Shown: positions 22,713-33,371 of the stretch, one piece after another
Layout: the number at the start of each line of letters is the position of its first letter
Position numbering within the stretch: position 1 is the first letter of the stretch
NCBI GenBank assembly: GCA_963766075.1
Contig: CAVYAN010000072.1
Location: 64,001-128,000, forward strand
Length of the DNA: 64,000 nt
Direction of reading: 5' to 3'
DNA from: an uncultured cyanobacterium
Lineage (GTDB): Bacteria > Cyanobacteriota > Cyanobacteriia > Leptolyngbyales > Leptolyngbyaceae
The notes under the pieces: generated by a model
Told to the model about the DNA's origin: nothing
The model's database searches: none
Seen by the model: the letters and a program-made list of their open reading frames with translations, nothing else
Position numbers and translations under genes: made by a program

Positions 22713-24884
22713 ATGGATACTACTGACTTCTCAGAAGAATTAAATTTTGGCAAATACTGGCTCGTGCTCAAACGGCGTTGGCTGCTGATTGCATTGATTT
22801 CCGGCACGACGTTAGGATTGGCCACGGTCTGGACCCTCCGACAACCTCCCATTTACGAAGCAACAGGGAAATTGTTATTTAAAGCCAACAAAACCTCCAA
22901 CCTGATTGGGATTCAGGCCGATTCCGGCAAACTGGAAGCCCTGACCCAAAAAGGCGATCCGCTGAGCACAGAAGCGGAAATTTTGCGATCGCAGCCGATC
23001 ATCGAAGCCGCCCTAAAAGGGTCAAATTTGCGCAATTCCCGAGGCCAACGCCTAGATCCAAAGGCTGTAGCGGGTAGACTCAGCGTTAAGCCAGTTGTGG
23101 GCACCGATATTTTACAAGTTAACTACACAGCCAATGATGCCCAATTGGCGGCAGCGGTGATTAATCAAGTTATGAAGGCGTATCTCAACAACAATGTTGT
23201 GGTCAATCGAGCCGAAGCCGTCGCCGCCCGAAAGTTTATTATCGATCAATTGCCCGCTACGGAAGCGGCGGTCAATCGGGCTGAAGCTAATCTACGGCAG
23301 TTTAAAGAAGCTAATGGCATTGTGGTGCTCGATCAAGAAGCGATCGCTTCAGTCCAAGGACTATCAGCCCTCGACAAAGAAATCACCACAGCCCGAGCGG
23401 CCCTCGGCAAAGCCAATGCCCAAACCTCGGCCCTGCGTAGCCAAGTGGGAATGGATGCCCGCACTGCCCTAACCCTGAATTCTTTAAACCAGTCTGACGG
23501 CGTTCAAAAAGCACTCACCGAGTGGCAGTTGGTGCAGTCGCAACTGGCTAAACAAAAGACGCTGTACCGTGATGGCTATCCAGTGGTGTCGCAGTTACAG
23601 CGACAAGAAGCTGCTGCCAAGTCTGTTTTACAGGATCGGGTCGCTGGCATTGTGGGGCAGAATATCACGGTCGATCCCGGCAGTCTCCAATTGGGCACCA
23701 CGCGTCAAGAACTCGTCCTTTCCCTGGCGCAGGCGGAGACCGAGCGGTTGGGGTTAGCCAATACCCTAGATTCCCTGACCCAATCCCAGGCGACCTTTGC
23801 GGCGCGATCGCAAAGTATTCCGGCCTTAGAAAAAACCCAGCGACAACTCGAACGAAAACTCGATGCCGCCCAAACCACCTACAAAACGCTCTTGACCAAA
23901 CTCCAAGAGGTCCAAGTCACGGAAAATCAAACCATTGGCAATGCCCGAATTGTGGCCACTGCCGATGTTCCCGAATTTCCGATTGGGCCGAAGGTGTTGA
24001 TTAATTTGCTAGCGGGCGGGATCGTGGGCGTGCTATTGGGCATATCCGCCGCGTTTCTGCTGGACTATGCGGATCAGTCTGTTAAAACCTTGGGTGAAGC
24101 CAAAACGCTGTTTCCTTATCCCTTATTGGGGGTGATTCCGACGATCGCCACCGCGAGCAAAGCAGCAACGGCCTCCGCCATGCCCCAATTGGTCACCCGC
24201 GATCGCCCCGATTTCGGGGCACAGGAAGCCTACCAAATGCTCCAGGCCAATTTACGCTTCTTGACCTCCGATCAGCCTTTGCGAGCGATCGTCGTCACCA
24301 GTACCATGCGTCAGGAAGGCAAGTCCACCGTAGCTGCCAACTTAGCCACCGCCATGGCCCAGGGACAACGGCGGGTACTGTTGGTGGATGCCGATTTGCG
24401 GCATCCCTGCCAGCACCATGTTTGGGATATCAATAATTTGATTGGCCTGAGCAATGTGATTGTAGGTCAAGTTGAATTCACACGAGCCATCCAGTCCGTA
24501 ACCTCCCATTTGGATGTGCTATCAGCAGGGGTCACGCCCCCCAATCCCATTGCCTTACTCGATTCCCAGCGGATGGCCAGCTTGATTGCCACAGCAGTGG
24601 AACAGTATGACTTTGTGATTTTGGATGCCCCGGCGTTATCGGGCACGGCAGATGCCACAGTCCTCAATAAAATGACCGATGGCAGTTTGCTGGTGGTGCG
24701 CCCCGGAGCCATCCAGGCCAGTGCTGGCAAAACGGCCATCCAGTTTCTAGCCCAGTCCGGCCAAACGGTGTTAGGCATGGTGATTAATCATTTTGATGTG
24801 CGAAAAGAACCCGATAGCTATTTCTACTACACCCAAGAGCAACAATTGCAGACTCCAGTCAGTGCTGATGCCGTGAATGGGTAG
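22713..24884 (+). CDS. wzc: Polysaccharide co-polymerase/tyrosine autokinase (Wzc/GumC)
   Basis: Two TM segments, coiled coil, EGKST Walker A, DADLR, C-terminal Tyr cluster SYFYY. Confidence 0.9.
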   Translation: MDTTDFSEELNFGKYWLVLKRRWLLIALISGTTLGLATVWTLRQPPIYEATGKLLFKANKTSNLIGIQADSGKLEALTQKGDPLSTEAEILRSQPIIEAALKGSNLRNSRGQRLDPKAVAGRLSVKPVVGTDILQVNYTANDAQLAAAVINQVMKAYLNNNVVVNRAEAVAARKFIIDQLPATEAAVNRAEANLRQFKEANGIVVLDQEAIASVQGLSALDKEITTARAALGKANAQTSALRSQVGMDARTALTLNSLNQSDGVQKALTEWQLVQSQLAKQKTLYRDGYPVVSQLQRQEAAAKSVLQDRVAGIVGQNITVDPGSLQLGTTRQELVLSLAQAETERLGLANTLDSLTQSQATFAARSQSIPALEKTQRQLERKLDAAQTTYKTLLTKLQEVQVTENQTIGNARIVATADVPEFPIGPKVLINLLAGGIVGVLLGISAAFLLDYADQSVKTLGEAKTLFPYPLLGVIPTIATASKAATASAMPQLVTRDRPDFGAQEAYQMLQANLRFLTSDQPLRAIVVTSTMRQEGKSTVAANLATAMAQGQRRVLLVDADLRHPCQHHVWDINNLIGLSNVIVGQVEFTRAIQSVTSHLDVLSAGVTPPNPIALLDSQRMASLIATAVEQYDFVILDAPALSGTADATVLNKMTDGSLLVVRPGAIQASAGKTAIQFLAQSGQTVLGMVINHFDVRKEPDSYFYYTQEQQLQTPVSADAVNG

Positions 24885-24958
24885 TTTTGCTTGCTGATTC
24901 AATGGGTTGTTAAGGAGCTTGGTTATTCAGGAGTTGGGTTGTTAAGGAGCAAAGGTTA

Positions 24959-26011
24959 ATGGTCAAGACAAAGCAATTTTTAAGTTCGGCGTGGGCGATC
25001 GCCGTTGTTCTCGGCGCAACGGCGATTTGTCCGCCGCCAGCCCAGGCCGTCACCCTGGAGCAGCCGTCACCAAAGACGATCTATTCCGGTTACCTGCTGG
25101 GTGCAGGAGATCAAATTGAAATCTCGGTCCCTGGCTACCAGGATTTTACCGGACCCCGCGTGATTCTACCCGATGGCACGATTTCCTTACCGGTGATCGG
25201 CTCGGTGATGGCCATTGATCGCACGTCTGATCAATTAGCGAAGGACCTTCAGGCGAAATTAGGATCATTTTTAGTGGATCCGATCGTCACTGTCAGCTTG
25301 TCTACGTTACGTCCCGTAGTGGTGAATGTAGCGGGAGAAGTGCAACGTCCAGGCCCACTTCAGCTTCGGAGCCTGACCACGACTACGTTTAAGACCTCGG
25401 GCAGTAGTGTGACCAGTGGACTGGAGGGCGTGCCCACACTCAGCTCAGCTCTCACGGAAGCGGGCGGTGTGACCCGCAATGCTGACATTCGTCAGGTAAT
25501 ATTGCGGCGTACCCTCCCCGGAGGGCAGACCACCAGCGTGACGGTGAATCTGTGGGATGCAATTTGGTCTGACAAGCAACCCGAAGATCTGGTGCTGCGG
25601 GCGGGCGATGCCATTTATGTTCCCAAGTTACCCGAGGGCGCGGTCTTCGATCGCCGATTGCTGGCGCGATCGCGCTTGGCCCCGGCCACGGTGCGGGTGC
25701 GCGTCGTCGGCGAAGTCAACCGACCGGGAGAACTGCTGATTTCACCGGACAGTACCTTATCGAGTGCGATCGCCAATGCGGGCGGTTTTACCAAGGATGC
25801 TAGACCCAGGGAAGTGCGGTTAGTGCGGCTGAATGACCAGGGGCAAATCGATACGCAGGCAATTGATTTAACCCGCCTCAATGACACGCTCCAGGTCCAG
25901 GAAGGAGATGTCCTGGTTGTCCCGGAGAAAGGGCGATCGTCCTTCCTGCGGGTGTTAGGTCAGGTGTTGAGTCCCGTCGGCAGTTTGCTGAATATTATCC
26001 GGGGTTTCTGA
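24959..26011 (+). CDS. wza: Polysaccharide export protein (Wza-like, SLBB domains)
   Basis: YLLGAGDQI...PDGTISLPVIG, GEVQRPG, GEVNRPG. Confidence 0.88.
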   Translation: MVKTKQFLSSAWAIAVVLGATAICPPPAQAVTLEQPSPKTIYSGYLLGAGDQIEISVPGYQDFTGPRVILPDGTISLPVIGSVMAIDRTSDQLAKDLQAKLGSFLVDPIVTVSLSTLRPVVVNVAGEVQRPGPLQLRSLTTTTFKTSGSSVTSGLEGVPTLSSALTEAGGVTRNADIRQVILRRTLPGGQTTSVTVNLWDAIWSDKQPEDLVLRAGDAIYVPKLPEGAVFDRRLLARSRLAPATVRVRVVGEVNRPGELLISPDSTLSSAIANAGGFTKDARPREVRLVRLNDQGQIDTQAIDLTRLNDTLQVQEGDVLVVPEKGRSSFLRVLGQVLSPVGSLLNIIRGF

Positions 26012-26372
26012 TCGGCGAGGCCCTTTCCCCAGAGCTTCAGGTCTCTCGTCAACGCTCAATCCACCCCTCGGCATTCGGCGCGGGGAAGACTTGATATTTT
26101 CAATTTTTCCGCCAAGGAAATAGTCCGGACTATTGCGTGAAAATATACGGCAATGAGTTAGAACCCAAATCGGTTTAAAGCTTAGGTGAACTTCCGGAAG
26201 TTACCAAGATAGGGTGAAATCTATATACATAATGAACGTAATAGGGAACACCTTTTAACCGACGACAAAATAGCCAACAGCAAAAATAGAGAATTAACCT
26301 GGAATAGTTTTTCATGCACCCGGTTACCCTGCGGGAAGCAAGCTAAGACTCCACTCAACCCTAATTGTCCCA

Positions 26373-26398
26373 GTGGGCTGAGCGTAGTCGAAGCCCAC
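26373..26398 (+). repeat. REP-like small dispersed palindrome
   Basis: GTGGGCT-GAGCGTAGTCGA-AGCCCAC; the same loop recurs at 45783-45947. Confidence 0.75.
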
Positions 26399-26609
26399 GA
26401 CAGGGTACCACTGCCAGATCTTTGTTTGCCCAGTTAATCGCTACCAATCCCTAGCCCGCAACCTGAAATTATCGATTAGACATCTACCCCAAAAGCGTAA
26501 CGCTGGACGCATTTTCACCCCGGCCTTGTCATTCTACTATCTTTCATTCCAGCCGACTATAGGGCTACACGATCGCAGAACGCTTCTCTTACTTCATTAG
26601 CACCTGGAA

Positions 26610-26924
26610 ATGAACCCGCTAACATCCAATTTTGAACTCTTAAAAACGGCTTCGGTGGTTGCATCCAGCGACCAGATTTCATCTGACTTGGGGGGCGAGT
26701 CTGTCATCCTCAATTTAAAGTCTGGCACCTATTTCGGCTTGAATGAAGTGGGCAGCCGGGTGTGGGAGCTGATTCAATCGCCCCGCCGCTTTGCCGACCT
26801 GTCCATGACGCTTTGCCATGAGTATCTAGTGGACTCTGAGGTTTGCGATCGCGACTTGATGACACTTTTACAAGAGCTGCATACAGCAGGCTTAATTCAG
26901 GTGAGTCATGGAGAAGCTACGTAG
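26610..26924 (+). CDS. Lasso peptide B1 protein (PqqD-family RiPP recognition element)
   Basis: DLGGESVILNLKSGTYFGLNEVGSRVWELI...LLQELHTAGLI; directly upstream of B2 and C. Confidence 0.92.
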   Translation: MNPLTSNFELLKTASVVASSDQISSDLGGESVILNLKSGTYFGLNEVGSRVWELIQSPRRFADLSMTLCHEYLVDSEVCDRDLMTLLQELHTAGLIQVSHGEAT

Positions 26925-27363
26925 AAAACTGCATCGGCTGCGGCAGATAGGCGGACACGGTGTCTGGCTATTGATGATGGCGTTTATCGTGCTGGGAGCC
27001 GTGCGATTGGGGCTTTGGCTGTTGCCCTTTCATCGGGTGCTGCGGGGGTGCGAGACAGTCAGCCAACTCTCGATTCTGCGCCGCCAAGCTTGCTTCGCGG
27101 TGGCCGATCTCATTTGGGCGGTGAATTGCAGCAGTCGCTACATGCCGGGTGGCGTGAAATGTCTAGCCCGCGCGTTAACCACAAAGGTACTGATGCAGCA
27201 GCAAGGGTATGTTCCAGAGTTGAAAATTGGTGTCCGCAAGAGCAGTCAAGGTCACCTAGAGGCCCATGCCTGGATTGACTATAACGGTCACATCGTGATG
27301 GGCAATGTAATGGATTTACCGCGCTATCTGCCGTTACCCTCGCTGGGAGGGATACAACCATGA
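26908..27363 (+). CDS. Lasso peptide B2 leader peptidase (transglutaminase-like)
   Basis: KCLARAL (catalytic Cys), IGV, EAHAWID (His); overlaps both B1 and C. Confidence 0.92.
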   Translation: MEKLRRKLHRLRQIGGHGVWLLMMAFIVLGAVRLGLWLLPFHRVLRGCETVSQLSILRRQACFAVADLIWAVNCSSRYMPGGVKCLARALTTKVLMQQQGYVPELKIGVRKSSQGHLEAHAWIDYNGHIVMGNVMDLPRYLPLPSLGGIQP

Positions 27364-29379
27364 GTGGGATTGTTGGCTTTTATCACTTCAATCCGCCTCG
27401 CTTAAACCCGCCCGCGATCGCCACCAAGGCCCTGCAACACATGGTGGCAGCCCTAAAGCATCGGGGGCCAGATGGATCAGACGTCTGGCAATCGGGCGCA
27501 ATTGGGCTGGGGCATTGTCTGCTACGGACAACGCCCGAGTCTTTGGTGGAATCAATGCCCTATCACCACAACAATTTAGTCATCACCGCCGATGCCCGCA
27601 TTGACAATCGTGAAGAATTGCAGGTTCTTTTAGGGCTATCCCCGCAGTCCTTGGCAAAAATGCCCGATAGCCAGTTTATTTTAGCGGCCTATGAGAAATG
27701 GGGAACAGCCTGTCCCGAATATCTTTTGGGTGACTTTGCCTTTGCCATTTGGGATGGCGATCGGCAACAGCTTTTCTGTGCGCGGGATCACCTGGGGGTG
27801 AAGCCATTTTACTACTATGCCTCGCCTCAACTCTTTGTTTTTGCCTCAGAAATTAAAGCGCTATTTTGTTTGCCAGAAGTGCCCCGGCGGCTGAACGAAG
27901 TGCGGATGGGCGACTTTTTGGCCCTGAGTTTGGATGATCTGGTCCTGACCAGCTATCAAGATATTGTGCGGTTGCCGCCCGCCACTGGCATGATCGTGAA
28001 TGCAGCGGGTGTCCGACTGCAAACCTACTGGACGCTGGATCCCCAGCGGGAGTTGCGTCTAGACTCTGATGAAGCCTATGCCCAAACCTTTCGGCATATT
28101 TTTACTGAAGCGGTTCGCTGTCGGCTGCGGAGTGCGTTTCCCATCGGCAGTCACCTGAGCGGCGGCTTGGATTCGTCGTCGGTGGCCTGTGTGGCTCGTA
28201 ATCTGTTGCAGGCGGAGCAGCAACCATTGCATACGCTGTCTTTAATCTTTGACGCCGTGCCACAGTGTGATGAGCGTTCCTATATCAATACTGTGCTCGC
28301 CCAAGGCGGCATGATCCCCCACTTTATTCATGGCGATCAGTTCAGCGCTTTGTCCAATCTGGATGAAGTGTTTGAGTATGAAGATGAGGCCCTGCTGGGT
28401 CCGAGCCATAGCTATCCCTGGTATCTGAATCAGTTGGCCAGTCAACACAATTTGCGTGTCTGCTTAGATGGTTTCGATGGCGATACGGCGGTGGGACATG
28501 GCGTCCGACGGCTGACGGAATTGGCGCTGCACCTGCAATGGGAGACCTTTGCCCATGAAGCCCGCAGTGTGGCGATTCACTTTGCGGGGTTGGGAGCGTC
28601 GCCCCAGGGCTTACTCGTGAACCATGGGTTTCCAGCATTGCGGCAGTTTGCGCGGCGGGGGCAGTGGCTGAAGTTTGGGCGATCGCTGAATCAAATCCAC
28701 CGCCATTTCAACATTTCACGCAAGGCACTCCTGAAGGAATGCGGCCTCAAAGCCTTGATTCCCGCTGGGCTACAACGGCACTGGCAGCGGCGACAGACAT
28801 CATCCCCGGCCCGTCTTAGCCCCCTTGGCGAATCGGGCCTTTGCCAAGCGGATTGGCCTGGAGCAACGTCTGGGGAAATTGAACACCGCTGTCCCCATGA
28901 CCGTGCGCCAAGAGCAGTGGCAAGCCCTGACCCAGGGCTGCATGGCCTACACCCTGGAACAGGTCGATCAATTTGCCGCCCGGTTTGGAGTGGAAATGCG
29001 CCATCCGTTCATGGACAAGCGGCTAGTGGAGTTTTGCTTGGCGCTCCCGGCAGAGCAAAAGCTGTGCGACGGCTGGACGCGGATGATTATGCGGCGAGGG
29101 TTGGAGGGAATATTGCCGGAGGAAATTCAGTGGCGGGGCGGCAAAATGAATGCTACGCCTAACTTTGTGGATGGGTTGGTGAATCGCGATCGCCAGCTTC
29201 TGGACGCGGTCATGACGTCTAAACTGACGTATCTCCAGGATATGGCGGATTTAGAGGTCCTGACTGCGGCTTACCAGCGCATTACGGCTCAGTCCCCCGC
29301 TCCAGAGGCCGATCACATCCTGGTGTGGCAAGGGGCGAGTCTGGCCGCTTGGCTAGAGCATCACGACTCGATGTTCTAG
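27360..29379 (+). CDS. Lasso cyclase (asparagine synthetase-like isopeptide bond-forming enzyme); one apparent extra C at 28820-28824
   Basis: MSGIVG start (no catalytic Cys1), HRGPDG, ARDHLGVKP, LSGGLDSS, DGFDGD; C-terminal RHPFMDKRLVEFCLALP in the next frame. Confidence 0.9.
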
Positions 29380-29532
29380 GTCATGGGCTCAGGCGAGCGG
29401 GTTCAAGTTTCGGGGTGTATTTGGAGTGGATTCAGGGGTGGATCTGTAGGGTTTTCATTAGATTTAACCTCTGCCCATTCAACGACAATGGATTGACGAT
29501 AGCAATTTAAAAAGAAAAAAGAGGAAAAACCT

Positions 29533-29694
29533 ATGAAACCCTACAATCGGCCCCAACTGACGGTCTACGGCACGGCCAAAACGATCACGCAAGGGTTTGA
29601 TCACCACAATGATAAGGAGATGGCTCCGCTCGTGGCAGAAGCAATGCACGACCGCGACCACCGCCCCCGGAACGGTTCCTGCGATTTCGGTTGA
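29533..29694 (+). CDS. Lasso precursor A1, 53 aa: MKPYNRPQLTVYGTAKTITQ-GFDHHNDKEMAPLVAEAMHDRDHRPRNGSCDFG
   Basis: Hand-translated, not in the ORF track; GAGG RBS, YxxPxL leader motif, Thr at -2, Gly1, Asp7/Glu9. Confidence 0.88.
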   Translation: MKPYNRPQLTVYGTAKTITQGFDHHNDKEMAPLVAEAMHDRDHRPRNGSCDFG

Positions 29695-29844
29695 TGCGCG
29701 CTTGAAAAGTTGGGCAAGCACCCTTGGCAGGCCCAAATAAAGCATGGAAGCGATTCCTGTCTTGATCTGGGCCGTAAGTCCAATCAGAAAGGGGCACTAC
29801 CGGACCATGTTTGACATTCAATCTACGAAAATTAGGAGACTCCT

Positions 29845-30069
29845 ATGAAGAAGTACAAAAGTCCCCGGTTGGTGACCTACGGCAACGTAGAAACCTTAAC
29901 CCAAGCCAATGGAAACGGCTCAGCTAACGATTTCTTTATCTTTACGGGTGATATTACTGGTCAGGTTCCAGGCTCAACCTTTGGAGCATCTGGATCAGGT
30001 AACGTAAATGCAACACCACCTTCCATAAAAAATAGCCTGTTTCTAGCCTTAGAAGCGTTAATACGTTAG
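29845..30069 (+). CDS. Lasso precursor A2, 74 aa: MKKYKSPRLVTYGNVETLTQ-ANGNGSANDFFIFTG...
   Basis: AGGAG RBS, YxxPxL leader, Thr at -2, Ala1, Asp9; leader 10/20 identical to A1. Confidence 0.88.
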   Translation: MKKYKSPRLVTYGNVETLTQANGNGSANDFFIFTGDITGQVPGSTFGASGSGNVNATPPSIKNSLFLALEALIR

Positions 30070-30425
30070 CGGATTGGAGGGTTATCTACGGATACACCCA
30101 AAACCAAGACCAGGGACCAATACATTGGGGTAGTTTGGGGGAGGCAATTGGCACTTGCCCCGTGCCAATTACTCAACGCCAGAGAGCCACTTTTATTGGT
30201 CCCTTTTCTCACTCCATTAGTTCTTTTCCAGCCTATTCTTTTCCACCCTATTGATTCTATTGAATCGCTCAGTCATTCGTTATCAACGTGCATTACAGAA
30301 GACGATGTAACACAGATGCTTTCCAAAATTGAAGCAAATAACACGAGGCCATGAACCTAATCCCTAGATAGTTTATTGAATCAAAACTCAATTCGACTTG
30401 TAACTTTATGTAAAACTAATAATCT

Positions 30426-31394
30426 ATGAAAATTTATCATGCCTATAACTTAGTGATTTATTCAGAGCTATCCATCCCAGAACTGACGCCCTATTCTGGA
30501 GCTTCATCAACGGATTGGCCTCGCCGATCCTCTGACGTGCTAGCCACTGATGTGCCCTTTGCACCCGATGCCGATGTCGTCATTCGCTTTGGCAATGTCC
30601 AGCGGGAAGCCGACCACTATGTTGACCCCACGCGAGACGATCCAAGCTACTTGTTTGTCCGTGAGGATGGCGTGGGCGCATTCTTTATCCGTCAAGGTTG
30701 TGAGATTGTGATTGACCCAGTGAAACATTTCGATGCGGGCTACCTGCGAACCTTGTTGCTGGGTCCGGTTTTTGCAATTTTGCTCCGGCAGCGGGGGCTG
30801 TTGGTACTGCATGCCAGCGCTGTCAAAATGGGTGACTGTGCCGTGGCGTTTCTAGGGGGATCGGGCTGGGGTAAATCAACCCTGGTGACGGCCTTTCACC
30901 AGCGGGGAAATACGGTGCTGACGGATGATGTAATGCCCTTGCAGATGGATGGAGGGTTGTCGCTGGTGCTGCCATCCTATCCCCAATTTAAATTGTGTCC
31001 GGATGCGGCAGCGTCCTTTGGCAAAGAAGAAGAACTGGTACCCATTTTTCAGGGCGCGGGCAAACTCGCCTACAGCATTACCGATGGATTTCAGCACACC
31101 CCACTGCCACTCCAGCACATTTATATTTTGGGCAAAGGCGATCGCCATGCCATTGTTCCTGTTGCCCCACAACTGGCATTTATGGAACTGGTGCAACACA
31201 CCCGGGCCATGATTAGCCTGACTCAAGCCCCATTTCTGGCCGCGCATTTTCAACTCTGTACCCAACTGGTGAAAACGGTTCCGGTTTCGCGCTTTATCCG
31301 CAGGCCCGCCCTGGAAGAGTTGCCCCGCCTGATGGACATGATCGAGGCGGATGTGGCGCAATCGGTAAAACCAGATTTGGTCGGAGTGCCCTAG
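30426..31394 (+). CDS. HPr kinase-like lasso peptide kinase
   Basis: LHASAV, GGSGWGKST P-loop, LTDD; position in the lasso cluster. Confidence 0.85.
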   Translation: MKIYHAYNLVIYSELSIPELTPYSGASSTDWPRRSSDVLATDVPFAPDADVVIRFGNVQREADHYVDPTRDDPSYLFVREDGVGAFFIRQGCEIVIDPVKHFDAGYLRTLLLGPVFAILLRQRGLLVLHASAVKMGDCAVAFLGGSGWGKSTLVTAFHQRGNTVLTDDVMPLQMDGGLSLVLPSYPQFKLCPDAAASFGKEEELVPIFQGAGKLAYSITDGFQHTPLPLQHIYILGKGDRHAIVPVAPQLAFMELVQHTRAMISLTQAPFLAAHFQLCTQLVKTVPVSRFIRRPALEELPRLMDMIEADVAQSVKPDLVGVP

Positions 31395-31457
31395 GCATCG
31401 GCCCCAGATGCCCCTACCCCTCAATTCGCTTAGTTCACTCTCTAGAAGCCGCCCCCC

Positions 31458-33339
31458 GTGAACGCCACCCTCCGCCATGCCAAAACCATCCTCCGCCAGG
31501 GACACAACACTGGCTCCCTAATTTGGGCCGCTGCCCGCTACTGGAGCTGTGTCTGGGTGGGCCTATTGGTGATTCAAGGCATCCTGCCCGGAATGACCGT
31601 ATACCTAACGCGGCACGTCGTCGATAGCCTGGTCGGAGCCGTGGGTGCAGGCATCTCCTGGCACAGTATCCAATCGGTGCTGCTGCCCGCCAGTGTGATG
31701 GCTGGAGTCCTGGTTTTGCAGCAGGTGCTGGATGGCGTCAGCAGTTGGGTCAATACGGCCCAGTCGGAACTGATTCAAGACCATGTGAGCGATCTGATTC
31801 AGAAAAAATCCGTCGAAATTGACTTCTCTCGCTATGACAGCTCTGACTACTATGACCAGCTCGAACGGGCGCGGGGCGGAGCCGCAGGGCGATCGCTGGC
31901 CATGCTGGGCAATGTCGGGGGCATCGTGCAAAACAGCATTACTCTGCTCACCCTGGCCGCAATTTTATTGCCCTATGGCCTCTGGCTGCCGATCATTCTG
32001 GTCCTGAGTGCGCTGCCCGCATTCTATATTGTGCTGCGACTCAATCGGCAGCAGTATCAGTGGAACCAAAAAATCACCACCGATCAGCGCTGGCTGATGT
32101 ACTACGAATTACTGCTGACCAACAGCGCCGTAGCCGCCGAAGTCCGCCTGTTTGACTATGGTGACTACATTCGCACCGCTTACCAACGGATTCGTAAACG
32201 CCTGCGGCAAGAACGATTGGCGCTGGTTCAGAGCCAAGGACTAGGCCGATTCGGGGCGGGCCTGATTGCCCTCACGCTCTCTAGCTTAGCCCTAGTGTGG
32301 ATGGGACATCAATTGCTTTTGGGTGTGCTCAAGCTGGGTGATCTGGCGCTGTTTTATCAGGCGTTTACCCGAGGCCAGGGCATGGTCAGCGCTATTTTTG
32401 GGGGACTCGGGCAGCTCTATCAAAATAGTTTATTTATGGGTGACTTGTTTGATTTCCTGAAGCTGCAGCCCCAAATTGTCGATCCACCCCAGCCATTGCC
32501 CCTGCCGCAGTCCATGCAGTCCGGCATTCAGTTTAAAGGGGTGCGATTTTGCTATCCTGGGGCACCCCAGTCCCACCTTGGATAACTTTAATTTAACGAT
32601 TCCGGCAGGCCAGATTGTGGCGATCGTGGGCGACAATGGCGCGGGCAAAAGCACACTGATTAAGTTACTCTGCCGACTCTACGATCCCCAGGCTGGATGC
32701 ATCGAAATCGATGGGCAAGATATCCGCCAATTTTCCGTCAAGGCGCTGCGGCGATTCATTACCGTGCTGTTTCAGTCTCCCATTCCCTACTACACGACGG
32801 CCACGGAGAACATCACCCTCAGTGATATTCACACGCCACCGCCCGCCGGGGCCATTGAAGCTGCGGCTAGGGCCGCTGGCATCCACGACAAGCTGCTGAG
32901 TTTGCCCAGTGGGTACCAAACCCTATTGGGCAAGCTGTTTCCCGAAGGTACGGAGTTGAGTGGTGGCCAGTGGCAGCGGTTGGCTCTCGCCCGAGCTTTT
33001 TTCCGTCAGGCTCCGCTGATTATTTTGGATGAGCCGACCAGTGCCATGGATTCCTGGGCCGAGTTTGACTGGTTAAAGCGGTTTCGTCACCTGGCCCACG
33101 GGCGCACGGCGGTGGTGATTACCCATCGGTTTACCTTGGCCATGCAGGCGGATGTGATCCATGTGATGCGGGCGGGCCAAATTGTGGAAACGGGCACCCA
33201 CCGTGAGCTGTTGGATCAGGCTGGAATCTATGCCCAATCGTGGCGATCGCAAATGGAAACGCCTGCCGATGCAGCAGTTGAAGCCCTGGACACCGCCAAT
33301 AGCCCTGCTCAAAATCTCGCCGGAAAATTCTCACCATAG
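31458..33339 (+). CDS. ABC exporter (TMD+NBD), lasso cluster D protein; apparent extra G at 32559-32562
   Basis: Multi-TM N-terminal half, then GDNGAGKST, LSGGQWQRLALAR, ILDEPT in the second frame. Confidence 0.88.
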
Positions 33340-33371
33340 GGTTTTCTCGGGCAAACCATGCCGCCATCCCC

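Noticed and set aside
27360..29379. Ordinary asparagine synthetase (asnB)
   Set aside because: Lacks the N-terminal catalytic Cys and is coupled to B1/B2 and lasso precursors
30148..30354. Possible third lasso precursor
   Set aside because: No YxxPxL leader, no Thr(-2)/ring pattern, TTG start; no other precursor was found in 26011-26610 or 30070-30425
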